A stretch of DNA of 64,000 bases from Octopus vulgaris (lineage: Eukaryota): the NCBI GenBank assembly GCA_951406725.2, contig OX597835.1:7006001-7070000 (forward strand). The letters are read 5' to 3'. Below, in pieces: positions 27,346 to 43,133 of the stretch (positions are counted from its first letter, which is position 1; every line of letters begins with the position of its first letter). The position numbers were made by a program, and so were the translations under genes. The notes under the pieces are model-generated. The model searched no databases and was not told the origin of the DNA. It was given only the letters and a program-made list of their open reading frames with translations.

Positions 27346-28410
27346 TGTTCCTTGCCTAAATACATTGTATGAACCAAGAGGTGCTTGGAAGCGACTTTTG
27401 ACGCGTGTGTACATGCCTTGATACCAAGTGATCTAGTACACATGATTAAGGGATAAAAAGTCTCCGAGCTCCAAGGTTAAACTGAAGGGCAATAAAGACT
27501 AGTTGAGTAAACAGTAAACAAACCAGAAGTTAATGGGAAATCACTGCTGTAATTTATCCAAGAAAAAACCACGACTTTCCAGGACTTTGTTATGGAAGCT
27601 CATGATGTCTCTTGGCAAGGAACAAGATCATAGAGAGACAGATAGATAGAGAGATAGAGGAAGATTGGGAGGAGAGAAACAGGGTGGCGTTTTGCATGAC
27701 CCAAATATCATAGCCAGTGGGAAAAGCCAGCAATTATAAATAGCTTTAGCTATTTAAATAATGTTATATAAATAGTTTTGCCTCGTTTATTTATATTGTT
27801 AAATAAACGGTTTTAACTTGCATTTACATAGTTGTAGCTTGTCAATTTACTTTGTATATTCTTGTTTTTCTTGATGAGAGAATTAACAAGCTGTGATTAG
27901 ATTAAGTTAAAAAGCTCAAAATTGCATTTCACAGATGTTCCTATGTTTCGCTTTTCTTGCTTGTGTTCAACGAAAACCAGTTAATAAACCATAAAAGGGA
28001 AATGTGGTGGGGAATGAAACAAGCAGAGGAATTTTTCCCGTTCGTTCTCTATAGGCATTGGCTGCGCAGCTTTTTCAAAGTAGATGGGGAATATGAGAGA
28101 TGATATTAATGTCTAATTAGGGCTGAACTAAATGAGGAAGCTAATTGTCGCTTCGCATTATACGGTTTTAATCTGGTATGACCTGTATTAAACAATTACT
28201 GTATTTGAGAGAGATAGTGAGATAGAGAGAGAGAGAGAGAGAGAGGGGAAGGCGAAGAGAGAGGGTGGGGAAGAAGGGGAATGCGGAAGGCAGCTGGGAT
28301 TGGAAAAAGAGAGGGGATGGGGAAGAGAAGGGGTGGGAAAGAGAGAGGGGAGAGGAAGAGAGAGTGGAGATAGAGAGGGGAGGAAGAGAGAGTGGAGATA
28401 GAGAGGGGGA

Positions 28411-28531
28411 GGTGGTGAGAGAGGAGATGAGGAGAGAGGGAGGTGGTGAGAGAGGAGATGAGGAGAGGGGGTGGTGGTGAGAGAGGAGATGGGGAGAGGG
28501 GGAGGTGGTGAGAGAGGAGATGAGGAGAGGG
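28411..28531. repeat. 31-bp purine-rich minisatellite, 4 copies
   Basis: ggtggtgagagaggagatg starts at 28411, 28442, 28473 and 28504. Confidence 0.85.
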
Positions 28532-28710
28532 TAGAGAGAGGGAAGAGAGAGGGATACAGAGACAGAGAGATGGGGACAGTGACAGAGAAAGAGTGTCAAA
28601 CACTGAGAGAAAGAGAGAGAAACATAGAGAAGGAGAGAAAAGAATGCAATGTCCAGAAGAGAAAGATAAAGAGGTACAAAATACAAGGAGATACACAGCT
28701 AGATAGAGAG

Positions 28711-29235
<525 letters not shown>

Positions 29236-29395
29236 TAAACAATCAGAAATAATGGAACCGGTTGAAACTAAAACAAAAATAACGAGCAATCATATTGATA
29301 GCTTCAAATTTGCAAATGTCCTCTGGCAGAATAACCTTTTCGCCGGATCTCAGGCGAATAATAATAATAATAATAAAAGTAATAATAATAATAAT

Positions 29396-29431
<36 letters not shown>

Positions 29432-30073
29432 AATAATAAAATAATAATAATAATAATAATAATGATAATGGAATCACCATCACAAGTTACACGCAAGGTT
29501 TTCATAACGCTGGAAGTCGTCAGTAAAGAACAAACTAGATTTTTCCAAAATATAATCAAACATTTGCATTGAACAGGTAACCTATATTTTCCAGTTTCGC
29601 GCAGTCGTTGTCGGCGCTGTTGTTGTTGTTAAAGTTGATGTTATAACAGCCTAATATCAGATACACAATATTATCAATAACTGTGCTAAATAATATCTCG
29701 TGATGTTTCACAAAAACTACGATGGGAATCGGCGATTTCTCTTAGGGATATTAAGAATAGAGGGAACATCTACAGAATTCCAACGTGATTATCAGAGGAA
29801 AATGTAGGGAAAAAGAAGAAAAAAAATCAAACAAAAAAACAAAACAAAACAAAACAAAACAACAAACAACTGATTATAAAATCGTCACTTGTTTACATAA
29901 ATAGGTATTTATCTCTAAATTTATAGCAAACTACTGTAGGAAAACTTTTCGACTCAATTATCCTCTCCTACAAAATAATAGCTAAAGCTGCAATTGGCAT
30001 TATTTCCATGTCTGCCTGTCGTATATATATATATTTATATACACACACGTACATATACTAAATGCAGACACAC

Positions 30074-30151
<78 letters not shown>

Positions 30152-30401
30152 TCATATACATATATGTCTATCTATCTATCTATCTATTTATCTATGCATA
30201 TATATATATATACATATACAAACATATATATATATATATGCACATATATATACATATATATGTGTATATATATATATATGTATATACATGTATATACATA
30301 CATATATATATATATATACATTAATATATATACATATATAATAACTAAAGTGTATATTCATATGATATAAATATATATATGTATATATATGTATATATAT
30401 G

Positions 30402-30454
<53 letters not shown>

Positions 30455-30602
30455 GTGCGTGTGCTCACATATACATACAGACGCTTACATATAATACGTA
30501 CATATAAACACAATATACATGCATATAAGTACAGTGTGAATATTATGCATGTATGTATGTGTGTGCACATGCTTGTTTCTTACGAATATTAAACATAAAC
30601 AC

Positions 30603-30665
<63 letters not shown>

Positions 30666-30835
30666 AATTGTTCATACATTCACATATACATGCATATATA
30701 TATATATATATTCAACACTTACAAATTGCATACATCTACTCACGCACATGCATACAATTACACACACACACACGCACAGAGTTATTTATCGAATGCTTGT
30801 AGTTTGAGCATAATTGTAGAAGTATATAGACTTAC

Positions 30836-30914
30836 TTGTATAGAATTATAAATATCACGATTGTCAATACAGATACACCGCCAAAAACGCTGAGAATAAT
30901 TACCGCTGTATCAT
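30836..30914 (-). CDS. Receptor guanylyl cyclase exon: transmembrane helix ((D)DTAVIILSVFGGVSVLTIVIFIILY)
   Basis: 79 nt, catctag acceptor after a (TC)n tract, gtaag donor, phase 1 to 2, which bridges the two flanking exons exactly. Encodes about 22 hydrophobic residues. Not in the ORF track. Confidence 0.9.
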
Positions 30915-30972
30915 CTAGATGAAAGAGAATGAGAGAGAGAGATAGAGAGAGGGCATAGAATTAGAGAGTGTG

Positions 30973-31600
<628 letters not shown>

Positions 31601-31966
31601 CAATAACTATGATGGTGAGGATGATGGTAACAACAATAAGAAATATAACAACAATATTAACAATAATAAAGATAAAAATAAAAAAAAAAACATTAACAAT
31701 TGTAATGAAATTAATAGTAATATTAACAACAACAACAACAACAACAGCAACAACAGCAATGACATCAACAACAACATTAACAATGATTTCAAAATTTGGC
31801 ACAAAGCCTGAAGTTTGGTAGGTGTGGTGGGAGTAAGTCGATTAATTCGACTCCAATGTGCAGCTGGTACTTATTTTATCGATCTCGAAGGTGAAGTGTA
31901 AAGTCGACCTCGGCGACATTTCATCTCTGAACGTAAAGCCGGACGAATCACCGCTCAATAATAATA

Positions 31967-32304
31967 GGGAAGCACTCCGTCGGTTACGACGATGAGGGTT
32001 CCGGTTGATCCGAATCAACGGAACAGCCTGCTCGTGAAAATAACGTGTAAGTGGCTGAGCACTCCACAGACACGTGCGCCCATAACGTAGTTCTCGGGGA
32101 TATTCAGCGTGACACAGAGAGTGACAAGGCCGGCCCCTTGAAATACAGGTACAACAGAAACAGGAAATAAGAGTGAAAGTCGTGTTGAAAGAGTACAGCA
32201 GGGATCACCACCACCCCCTGCCGGAGCCTCGTGGAGCTTTTAGGTGTTTTCGCTCAATAAACACTCACAACGCCCTAACCAACCACTGGGCCATTGCGCC
32301 TCCA
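31967..32304 (-). mobile_element. tRNA-like SINE, family C, with TSD
   Basis: Colinear with 10266-10649. ctcaataataata is duplicated at 31954-31966 and 32305-32317. Confidence 0.85.
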
Positions 32305-32307
32305 CTC

Positions 32308-32374
<67 letters not shown>

Positions 32375-32394
32375 TTAATAATAATAATAATAAC

Positions 32395-32528
32395 ACCATG
32401 TCGCACACATATGGTTGTGATGCATGTGTCTGGTGTACCCTTATCAGACGGGTAGTCATGATGGGTATGCTGGGCTTCGTACATTTTACCCCAGTGTCAT
32501 TTTGATGGCATGCACTGCTCTCTCACTC

Positions 32529-32568
<40 letters not shown>

Positions 32569-33040
32569 CAATACCAGGAAGTGGCTCTCAGGGCTTTTGA
32601 TCTTAACTGACAGGAAGTGTTACTATATAAAAAATGGTCTACAGCAAATATTCTGTTCAATACCAGAGATTTGCTTGTCACTTGTTGAGCATGTCCCTTA
32701 GTGGCTGACGATATGTGCATCTCTGATCACGAGCAGAAGTAGTGGAGGCGCATCATAGTGACGTGTTGAAAGGAATTCTGTGGGGTTTGGATAATTCACA
32801 TTTGGAAACATGGGTGTTTCGTTCAACATCCCCAAGCAACCTTCATTCAGGGAACTTTTGAACTGGATGGTCTAATCGACCCGAAGAAAACTCTGAGCCA
32901 CGCCTGCAAAGTCATCCGCTGTTAATGTTGATAGGAGATCAGCATGTCGTGCACATATGGTGGTGAAGCATGTGCCTGGTGTACCCTTATCAAACGGGTA
33001 GTCATGATGGGTATACCGAGCTTCATACACTTGTACCCCA
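32395..33040 (+). mobile_element. Two pieces of a (TAA)n-associated interspersed repeat
   Basis: The segment catgtcg...cacatatgg...ggtgtacccttatca...gggtagtcatgatgggtat occurs near 32397 and near 32944. The first copy ends ctctctcactc followed by (AAT)n. Class not determined. Confidence 0.6.
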
Positions 33041-33205
33041 ACATACAGAAAATAGTAATAGTACTACTAGGCACCGCACGCAACCTACGCAAAACACTTT
33101 TAATACAGTGAAAATAAGGACATCACAACAAACTATAGCACATGCGGAAGGCCCAGAGACCTGCGCTCGATAGTACAGCGAAATCACGTAATAACAATAG
33201 GACGA

Positions 33206-33276
<71 letters not shown>

Positions 33277-33330
33277 TAATAATAATAATAATAATAACAA
33301 TAATGATGATGATGATAATAATAATAATAA

Positions 33331-33437
<107 letters not shown>

Positions 33438-33766
33438 ATGATGATGATGATAATAATAATACAGTAAAATATGTGCATTAATTCATTTTTAGGAGTAACG
33501 GTGTACTCTTAATCTCCTCTATAAAGTTGGAGATAATGAGGTCTAATTCGTTGTTTGCGAAGTGAGAGACGTATCATTTGTCTTTATACGTTGACTGCAG
33601 ATAATCACAGCGAATAACTACAGTTTTTACGCTCATATTTCAATCTATAATAATGGACACGTGATAATTACAATAAATCAATGAAAAAAAAATGTAGTTG
33701 TTTTTTTTTTTTATAAAAAAGACTGAATGCATCTATGTGTGTGCATGTGTGTCCAGGTGTTGGCAT

Positions 33767-34156
<390 letters not shown>

Positions 34157-34171
34157 GTATGTATATATCTA

Positions 34172-34390
34172 TTCTTCACTTCAGATTTATTCATGTCCAT
34201 ATTGCATGTACTTTGTCTGGAAATCTTTCATCGCACGTTCTGTGACCTCTTCAGCGACCCTCCATCCCGCATGTCTACTCCTGGTGCGAACAAGAGAGTC
34301 GGCGAAGAGGTCACTGGTTGAGTGACGAAAGATTTACAGACAAAGGACATAAACAAAGGAACAAGAATAAAGTAAATCTGAAGTTAAGAA
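34172..34390. mobile_element. Foldback element with a hammerhead-like motif in each arm
   Basis: Imperfect inverted arms (ttcttcacttcagattta...ctttgtctggaaatctttc...gtgacctcttc versus gaagaggtcac...gaaagatttacagacaaag...taaatctgaagttaagaa), set between (TA)n tracts. Confidence 0.7.
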
Positions 34391-34408
34391 CGAAAACAAA
34401 AACTGCCC

Positions 34409-34443
<35 letters not shown>

Positions 34444-35599
34444 GAAATATGTTACGAAAAGAAAATATAAAATACACGTGGAAATGTAAGGGTAAAATAT
34501 GAAAAATCAACGAAAATGCATATTGCAAATAGAAAAAAGGCTATTTATGACCGGTAGCGACAAATATATACATTTAGATTGACTGGGGTAGTAATACGAG
34601 TCATAAAGGTCATTATTATGAGATGACTATAAGATGATAATAAAGTAAGAGAACAAAACGAACCAATGGTTTACGCGAAGCTATTCATCGTTTGAGCAAC
34701 ACCGGTTAATATACGGTGTCAGGTCTAATAGTTCCTGAGAAAAAACATATGAAGTAAAAGCAGGCCTACTATAATCAATATTGTTAAATAGGCGCAGGAG
34801 TGGCTGTGGTTCTGGGTTCAGTCTCACTACGTAGCACGTTGGGCAAGTGTCTTCAACTATAGCCTCGGGCCGACCAAAGCTTTGTGAGTGAATCTGGTAG
34901 ACGGAAACTGAAAGAAGCCCGTCATATTTCCCTCTCAGATTCACGCACTTATTGAAGCTATCCTTCAGTTCTTCAGTTCCTGTAAAAGAACTCGGAAGGC
35001 TGGGCCTCCAGCCAGGCCTTTCTCGGCACTCTTAAAGCAGGAACCTTTTAGCAACCCCACTTAGTTTTTGGTCCACAGTATACAGTGTTTTTGTTTCGTA
35101 AGACTACGTGAAAATTTTGTTTGAGCTCCTTACATAATTAATCTTTTCCAACATTGTCCTCTGAAATACAATTTTAATATTACGGAAATTAATATTCACA
35201 ATAAGGTCGAAAGAGTCCCTTTCAAAAGATTCTAAATCTGTATTTGGCTGTGGTGGTTGTGGTGGGGGACGGGGTTTCTGGACTTCAAGCTGAACTTATT
35301 GTTAGTGTTATATCATTATTTCTTTCTTCCCAAAGAAGTATGTTCGCCATCACATTTTGCTAACAAAATATGATATTTCTATAAGATTTCTTAAAGTACT
35401 GCTTATTCAATGGAATTGGGATATTCTTCATAGAAAAATGTGGCGGCTGTAATTTCATTTTCCCATTGTTACTTCTTCCTCTTGTGGAAGTGAAGAGTCG
35501 TTCAAAAATAAAAAAGGAGGGATTTACACACCAGTAAGCGATTGGATGCAAAACAAGGTAGCCAAAAAATAATACTCGAATACTAAAGATAGAGTAACG

Positions 35600-35960
35600 T
35601 TCTATTTATTAAAGCACCCTTCGTGGAGTGTCCGGAATTATCGGGACTGATTCCTTTTGTAGAGCAACTGTTGTCAACTATGGGAAGAGTACAGCTATCG
35701 GCTGAGTCCATTAGCAAGATTGTGCCACCTCCTTCCCTTAACAGGGAAAAGAAGGCTTGTTTTTTTCAGCGTGGCAGCCATACTGAAAGAAACAGTATGG
35801 AAGACGCGTGTAAGAGGTATAGTGACAGGTACCCTCCTCTCCGGCAGGGGTTGGTTCACTTCTTTAGTTACCATCTCGATAGCAGGATATGGTTTGCGAA
35901 AAGATGGAAGCAAGTTGTGAACAAGCTGCGAGTGACTGGAACCAGGTAAATGGGGTCGGA
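35600..35960 (-). mobile_element. Decayed non-LTR reverse transcriptase fragment (I/jockey-group-like)
   Basis: VNQPLPERRVPVTIPLTRVFHTVS resembles FNQ..PP.RT..V..D.SKAFDTV, followed by LANGLS. Heavily diverged. Confidence 0.5.
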
Positions 35961-37005
35961 AGGAAAACTAAGGGTTCGAACCTGGCTGTTGGATGCCTTT
36001 CCTTTGCAACGATCATCAAGCTTATATTGAAATTTATAAAAGGAAAAAGGAGAACAAAAATATACAATTTTTGACAGCATGACATTTATATTTTATCATT
36101 CAGAACTGTTTCATTCGTAATAAGCAACCTCTTCACCTTCTATGTTTGTCTGTCCTTGTTTGTCCCATCCGTCTACGGCTTCAATAGCGAATTTATGAAA
36201 TAATGAAGCTTGCTTCCCAACCACATGGATCCGGGTTCAGTCTCTCTACATAACACCTTGGGCAAGTGTCTTCTACTATAACCTGAGGCCGATCAAAGCC
36301 TTGTGCGTCTGTGTTTGTAGTCCTGCCATTGCTTGACTACCGATGTTGGTGTGTTTATATCCCCGTTACTTAGCGGTTCAGCAAACAGAATACCGAAAGC
36401 CTATACCCTGTGGTCGATCTGTTCGATTAAGGCGGTGCTCCAGCATGGCCGAAGTCAGATGATTGAAACAAGTAATAGAATAATGTTATATATACTCGCA
36501 TGCTTATTATTCAGTATTAACGCAGTTGACGGAAGAACGGTTTCGTGAAACTCTGACTAAAAGTTTTTGAAGATCTGTTCCATCTTTAATATGTGTGTGC
36601 GTGCTTTGTGTATATGTATGTGTGTATGAGTGTGCGTGTATCAGTGAATATATGTATATAAAGAGTGCCGTTTGTGTAGTGTCTATTTAGTTGCATAGGC
36701 AGTCGCCTTTTGATACTTACACATGTCTACAGAAGGTTTACACATCACGACACTGATAAATGTCATTAATTTCACTTACGTTGGTTTCTATGATCAAACA
36801 AAAGGTTATTAGTTGCAACTGTGTTTATTAGAAGAGGGAGACAAATCATGCAACATTTTAGTTCATTCAACCTATTATGCATAGTTCCGACCGATATCTG
36901 TTTGCATGCAGTGTATACATTTCTGTGCATATACATACATACATACATATATATACATACATATACATACATACATACATATACATACATACATACATAC
37001 ATACA

Positions 37006-37110
<105 letters not shown>

Positions 37111-37954
37111 GTATATATGAAGAGTATATATATATCTTTATATATATGTGTAAATATATGAGTAGATATATATAAGAATATATATATATATATATATATC
37201 TTTATATGTGAATAAATATATGTATGTATGTATATATATATATATATATATACATATATATACATACATATATTCATATATGTATGTATATATTTATACG
37301 TATGTATGTATATGTATATATGTATATATTTATATATATATATATATATATATATTTATCAATATGTACTCATTACACATATTTATATATTTAGATATAC
37401 AGATTTTCTATCATTATATACATGTTTGTGAATAATTTTGTGTACCTGTGCTGTATATGTGTGCGACGAAGTGTATATATGTATGAGTGTGTGTTGGTAT
37501 TGAGTGGTATGTTTGTAGGTATTTATATTCCAGAGAAGCTTGTCTAATGTTGAATCAGATTACTTATCACACACACTGACACGCACACACACACATACAC
37601 ACCCAACACACATATACATATACATACACATGAATGTATATATGATTGTATGTATGTGCAATAACGCGTGTTTATGCGTATGTGAACTGAGTGTGCGTAT
37701 ATATGAGAAAATGTGTGTGTATATGTACATGTGTGTGTGTGTTTTTGTGTGTGTGTGTAAATGACTGTATGCTGGTTTCTACACTGAATATTCCACTTGA
37801 TTGTGAAGATGAATAATCTACTCTTTGACTTTGTGTCTAAGTGGCTAAGTACACCGTAGTTACGCTAATCTTTAAAGTAATTCCCTGGTAGAATGATTTC
37901 ACTGATACATATTTACTCACACACACACTCACCACACACAGAATGAAATTCACT

Positions 37955-37995
<41 letters not shown>

Positions 37996-38403
37996 TCGGG
38001 ATATGAAACCACTGGTGACAACTTCATACGTGAATACGTATATACATGTGCTAGTGTCTGTGAGCGTTGGTGGTTCAATTGTGTGTGCGTGTGTGTGTGT
38101 GTGTTTGCTGTTTGCTGTAAATGGATGAACGAAGGTTTGAGCCACACTCCAAATGACCGAGGACGTATCTGCTGCTGAGGAAGAACAATCTCATTCTTTC
38201 TTGGCAGATGTATAACCAGTTTATAACGCATGTTCGTTTGCTGGTGTATAACCAGCTTATAACACATAACATTTTACAATTACTGTAAATTCTACAAACA
38301 TAGAATGTTCACTAATAAAATGAGTCTGTAGAATTTAGTCATTTGCTAAACAAAAACGTGACGCACAACAAAATGGCTATACTTCTACAAACGGTTATTT
38401 GTT

Positions 38404-38652
38404 GGCGAACTGGCAGAATTGTTAGTGCGTCGGGCAAAAATGGTTAGCGGCATTTCGTCTGCTGCTACGTTCTGAGTTCAAATTCCGCCGAGGTTGACTG
38501 TGCCTTTCATCCTTTCGGGGTCGATTAAATAAGTACCAGTTACGCACTGGGGTCGATATAATCGCCTTAACCCCATTTGTCTGTCCTTGTTTGTCCCCTC
38601 TATGGTTAGCCGCTTGTTGGCAATAAAGAAATAAGAATCGTTAGCACGCCGT
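38404..38652 (+). mobile_element. SINE family A (head ggcgaactggcagaa)
   Basis: Colinear with 46298-46530 and 60992-61212. Confidence 0.8.
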
Positions 38653-38973
38653 TAGAACTTTCGCCACAACTTTCTCTCACTCTTCCTCCTGCATCTAGCA
38701 GCCCACCTGCGACGGACCGGCGTGCCGTCCAGGTGGGAAACATATACGCCAATGAAACCGGGAAACCAGCGCTTATGAGCCAGGAATGGCTCTTGAAGGA
38801 ACAAACAACAACAATATGTTATGAACATTTAGACTTGTAAACATTGAAACTTTTAAACATGTTTTTCTAATCCATAATTTAAAATTTTTACCATTGATAA
38901 ACGAAAACATATTTATCTAAAAAACAATTACAAGTCTTTCAAATTTTGGTGCATTTTCATCATCAAATATGCC

Positions 38974-39054
<81 letters not shown>

Positions 39055-39589
39055 ATGCCAAATTCACTCACAAGGCTTTAGTCGGTCCCAGGCTATCGTA
39101 GAAGACACTTGCCCAAGGTGGCACACACTGTGACTGAACCCAGAACCATATCACTGAGCAGCCTGCATAGCCACACAAAGAGGACGTAAAATGATTATGG
39201 TAAACCTCATTAACCCGTGTTTAAAAGTCACAAAAATTCCTTTCAATTGGCTCACGTCAGAAATAATTATGATATATGATTACGAAATAATAAGGAAGGA
39301 ACCAGGATAAAAAAAATGACAATATTAAATATGATCTTTCAAATCATACAAAATTATAGAGTCATCTTCATTTCAAAATGACGTCGACGTAGAACGATGG
39401 GTGAAGATATGTCGCGGCATGGTTAATTATATCGTAGCTTAATGACGTTGCAAGACTGTAACTGAGTACTTGAAGCTAACGAAGCGTTGTTGATAATACA
39501 GTGTTTACTTTAATTGCACAGATGAACTGTTGTAATTTAGAACTTTTACAGACAGACGCATTGAGACAGAACTTGCCTCGGTCATCGAC

Positions 39590-39720
39590 ACAGCTTTGCG
39601 TTGGCCGACGAGAGAATGAGATCAATGTTCGGTTGGGTGATAGTGGAGTAGCAAGATTTAGACCAATGTGGAAGGAAAACGTCCTCTACATATTTCACAG
39701 TCATCCCGGAGTCGAAATGT
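39590..39720 (+). mobile_element. Possible decayed Gypsy integrase zinc-binding fragment
   Basis: RRENEINV...VLYIFHSHPGVEM resembles R.ELSV...VL..LH..HPG...M. Short and weak. Confidence 0.3.
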
Positions 39721-39805
39721 ACTTAATTGTACACACACACATACATATATACGTACATATGCATGCATGCATGTCTGTATGTGTGTGTGCCTACATAATT
39801 ACATC

Positions 39806-39899
<94 letters not shown>

Positions 39900-39919
39900 T
39901 ATATATAATATATAATATT

Positions 39920-40321
39920 CTCTTTTACTCTTTTATTCTTTTACTTGTTTCAGTCATTTGACTGCGGCACCCTTAGTCGAGCATATCGACCCCGGGACTT
40001 ATTCTTTGTAAGCCCAGTACTTATTGTATCGGTCTCTTTTGCCAAACCGCTGGGTGACGGGGACGTAAACACACCAGCATCGGTTGTCAAGCAACGCTAG
40101 GAGGACAAACACAGACACACAAACACATACTCACACATACGTATATATACATATACATATATGCGACAGGCTTCTATCAGTTTCCGTCTACCAAATCCAC
40201 TCACAAGGCATTGGTCGGCCCGGGGCTATAGCAGAAGACACTTGCCCAAGATGCCACGCAGTGGGACTGAACCCGGAACCATGTGGCTGGTTAGCTAGCT
40301 ACTTACCACACAGCCACTCCT
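39920..40321 (-). mobile_element. tRNA-like SINE, family B
   Basis: Colinear with 14390-14739 and 62517-62930. Confidence 0.88.
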
Positions 40322-40326
40322 ATTTT

Positions 40327-40384
<58 letters not shown>

Positions 40385-40459
40385 ATATATATATGTATGG
40401 ATGTATGTATGTATGGATGTATGTATGTATGTATGTATGTATGTATGTATGTATGTATG

Positions 40460-40509
<50 letters not shown>

Positions 40510-41274
40510 AAATATACATATTATATATATGGGGAGGGGTGTAAGAAGACATGGTAGGAAATTGGTTGTTTTGCACTTTTGCACAGGAGGGAATGCTCAG
40601 AAAAATAAATGAAAAATGAAGACGAAGGAGCAGAGTTCACGATGTTGAAGGGGGAGAAAGAAAACGTACGAGAATGAGAAATGTGATAGAATGAAAATAA
40701 ACGGATTTGGAGAGCGTGGTTTTACGAGAAGAAGCTGTCTTTCCTTTGTTATTGTAGAGGGCGCCAACAGTGAGAAGCAGCCTCACAGTGTGTGTGTGTG
40801 TTTTTTTTGTTTTTAAGAAAACTTTTGCACACCAACAAACGCACTAACGGATTAAAGAAACTTTTCTTTTCGCACCACTAATCAGAAAAAAAACTGAGAA
40901 AAAGAACTTTACACTTTATCAATAAATATAGTTTCTGTTGACGCAGACGACACGTCTCTCTGGATTCGGGTACTCGAGTTGTGTATGTCTTATCTGATTA
41001 AACACTGGCACACGACTGCAGGCTGATTCTGTAGATTGGAAGGTACGTCTTTCTCTTAGTTAACCAGTGAAGCAATCTGCCAAAAATGTATTCCTTACGT
41101 CGTGTGCTAGAAACTGATTCTTGGAACTAAATTTCAGTTCATGAGATCGATCTTATAGTACAATCGAAGGTAAATCTATCATTTTATTACTCTGCCAATT
41201 TTCGACATCAAACTTTGCACTTATGTAATTGTACAGTCAACAAATTTTAGGTGTAGTAATATGTATTGTATGAA

Positions 41275-41318
<44 letters not shown>

Positions 41319-41483
41319 CACATATTTGTATATATATGTATAAGTATATATGTATATATTTGTATATATATTTATATATATATATATATATATACATATA
41401 TATTTATATATCAATACATATTTGTATATATATGTATATGTATATAAGTATATATATATATTTGTATATATATGTATATATAC

Positions 41484-41514
<31 letters not shown>

Positions 41515-41625
41515 CATATATATACATACATGCATACATATATATACACACATATATGTTTATTTGGGAAAACTACACACGTATATATATGCTTATACAT
41601 CTATACATGTATACAATAAAGGTAC

Positions 41626-41692
<67 letters not shown>

Positions 41693-41756
41693 AGTCTGTG
41701 TGTGTTTATGCACACATACACCCACATATATATGCAGACACACACACACATATATA

Positions 41757-41825
<69 letters not shown>

Positions 41826-42170
41826 CATACATACGATTCCTGGCTTTGGGGAAACGAAAATACAGGAGGATCAGTGAATTATGTTTTTATTCAACACATT
41901 TCCCTCTCAGGTTCACACACTTATTACAGCGGTCCTTCAGTCTTTCTAAGCCCTGTAAACGTGTGTAAAAGCCCAAGTTGGGGGCCCAATCAGGCCTTTC
42001 CCGATACCCTTAAAGCCAGGAACTTTTCAGCATACATGTATGTATGCACGGGTACCTATATGCATGCACGTATGTATGTATATATGTATGCATGTTTGTC
42101 TGTATGCTTACACGCATACATAAAGATGTTTTCATACATCCGTGCATGTATAAATGTATGTATGTATATA

Positions 42171-42325
42171 CAGGGTCAGGCAAAATGATCTGACACATTT
42201 TAAAATATAATGAAACAAAATGGCATTATATGTACTTTTCAAAAATAAAAACACTTTTTTGTTTCTTTACTTCATTTGCCTTTTATTTAATCTACAAATG
42301 TGTCAGATCATTTTGCCTGACCCTG
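42171..42325. mobile_element. 155-bp Tc1/mariner-type MITE
   Basis: Perfect 30-bp TIRs cagggtcaggcaaaatgatctgacacattt. TA on both sides (42169-42170 and 42326-42327). Confidence 0.92.
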
Positions 42326-43027
42326 TACATGTTTGTGTGTATATATGTATATATAAGTGTGTGTATCTAGGTATGTATACATGTACGTGTGTGCAGAAAT
42401 GTAGCGCTGTTTGAAAATAAAGAATAAAACATTTATTCCAGGAATAGAAGAAACGCAATTCTATTTTAGAAGTAATCAGGTTTTGCTATCAGAAAAATCT
42501 ATGAAAGAAGCATCTTCATCAGCGATTCTGGAGTCATAGGGTCGATGACCATGGCTGTTAATATCAGGCTGAGTAAAAGTGAGAAATCTTCTGAAACATC
42601 AAAATAAGTACCATTACAATCAACACGTTTTTGTCAACGAGTTCTGGAGCTGATGAACTCTTTCAAGGCACTTTCAGCATCGGTTTGACTTTTCAACTCC
42701 TTCTCTCGCAGGAAACCATCAAGGTGCTATTTTTCTTCTCTTCTTCCATTTATTTTCTTACTCTTTTACTCTTTTACTTGTTTCAGTCATTTGACTGTGG
42801 CCATGCTGTAGCACTGCCTTTATTAAACTAATTTCGAGCTGACCACTCACTGGTCATTTCCTCACCAAACGTTTCAGCTGCTTACGTCCTTTTTTGATGT
42901 TGGATATTAAAAAAAGACAATCTGGCGATGATGGCGGAGGATGTGGGGCTGGAGAGGGAGGAGATAGAGAGGGAATAGAAGATAAATAAGAGGAATGAAA
43001 AGAGATGAGGAGAACTTGTGATCTCAC

Positions 43028-43133
43028 CTTCTGGTTTGATGCACTTCTCATTATAAAACCCACAGTCAGGTTCATCTTTGGGTGGTGCACCATTCATCCA
43101 TGCGATGACACTTCCTTCATTCAGTTTGAAATC
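43028..43133 (-). CDS. Receptor guanylyl cyclase exon: end of extracellular domain (DFKLNEGSVIAWMNGAPPKDEPDCGFYNEKCIKPE)
   Basis: 106 nt, ctttcag acceptor, gtgag donor, phase 0 to 1. W..G.PP.DEP.CGF...C is the juxtamembrane motif of natriuretic-peptide-receptor-type guanylyl cyclases. Confidence 0.93.

Noticed and set aside
34545-34615. Very degenerate hammerhead-like layout with an accggt palindrome
   Set aside because: Both core words are altered at several positions, so it is too weak to count.
42478-42525. CTGATGA on the minus strand followed by a tgct/agca stem
   Set aside because: No GAAA, three extra bases before the stem and no stem I.
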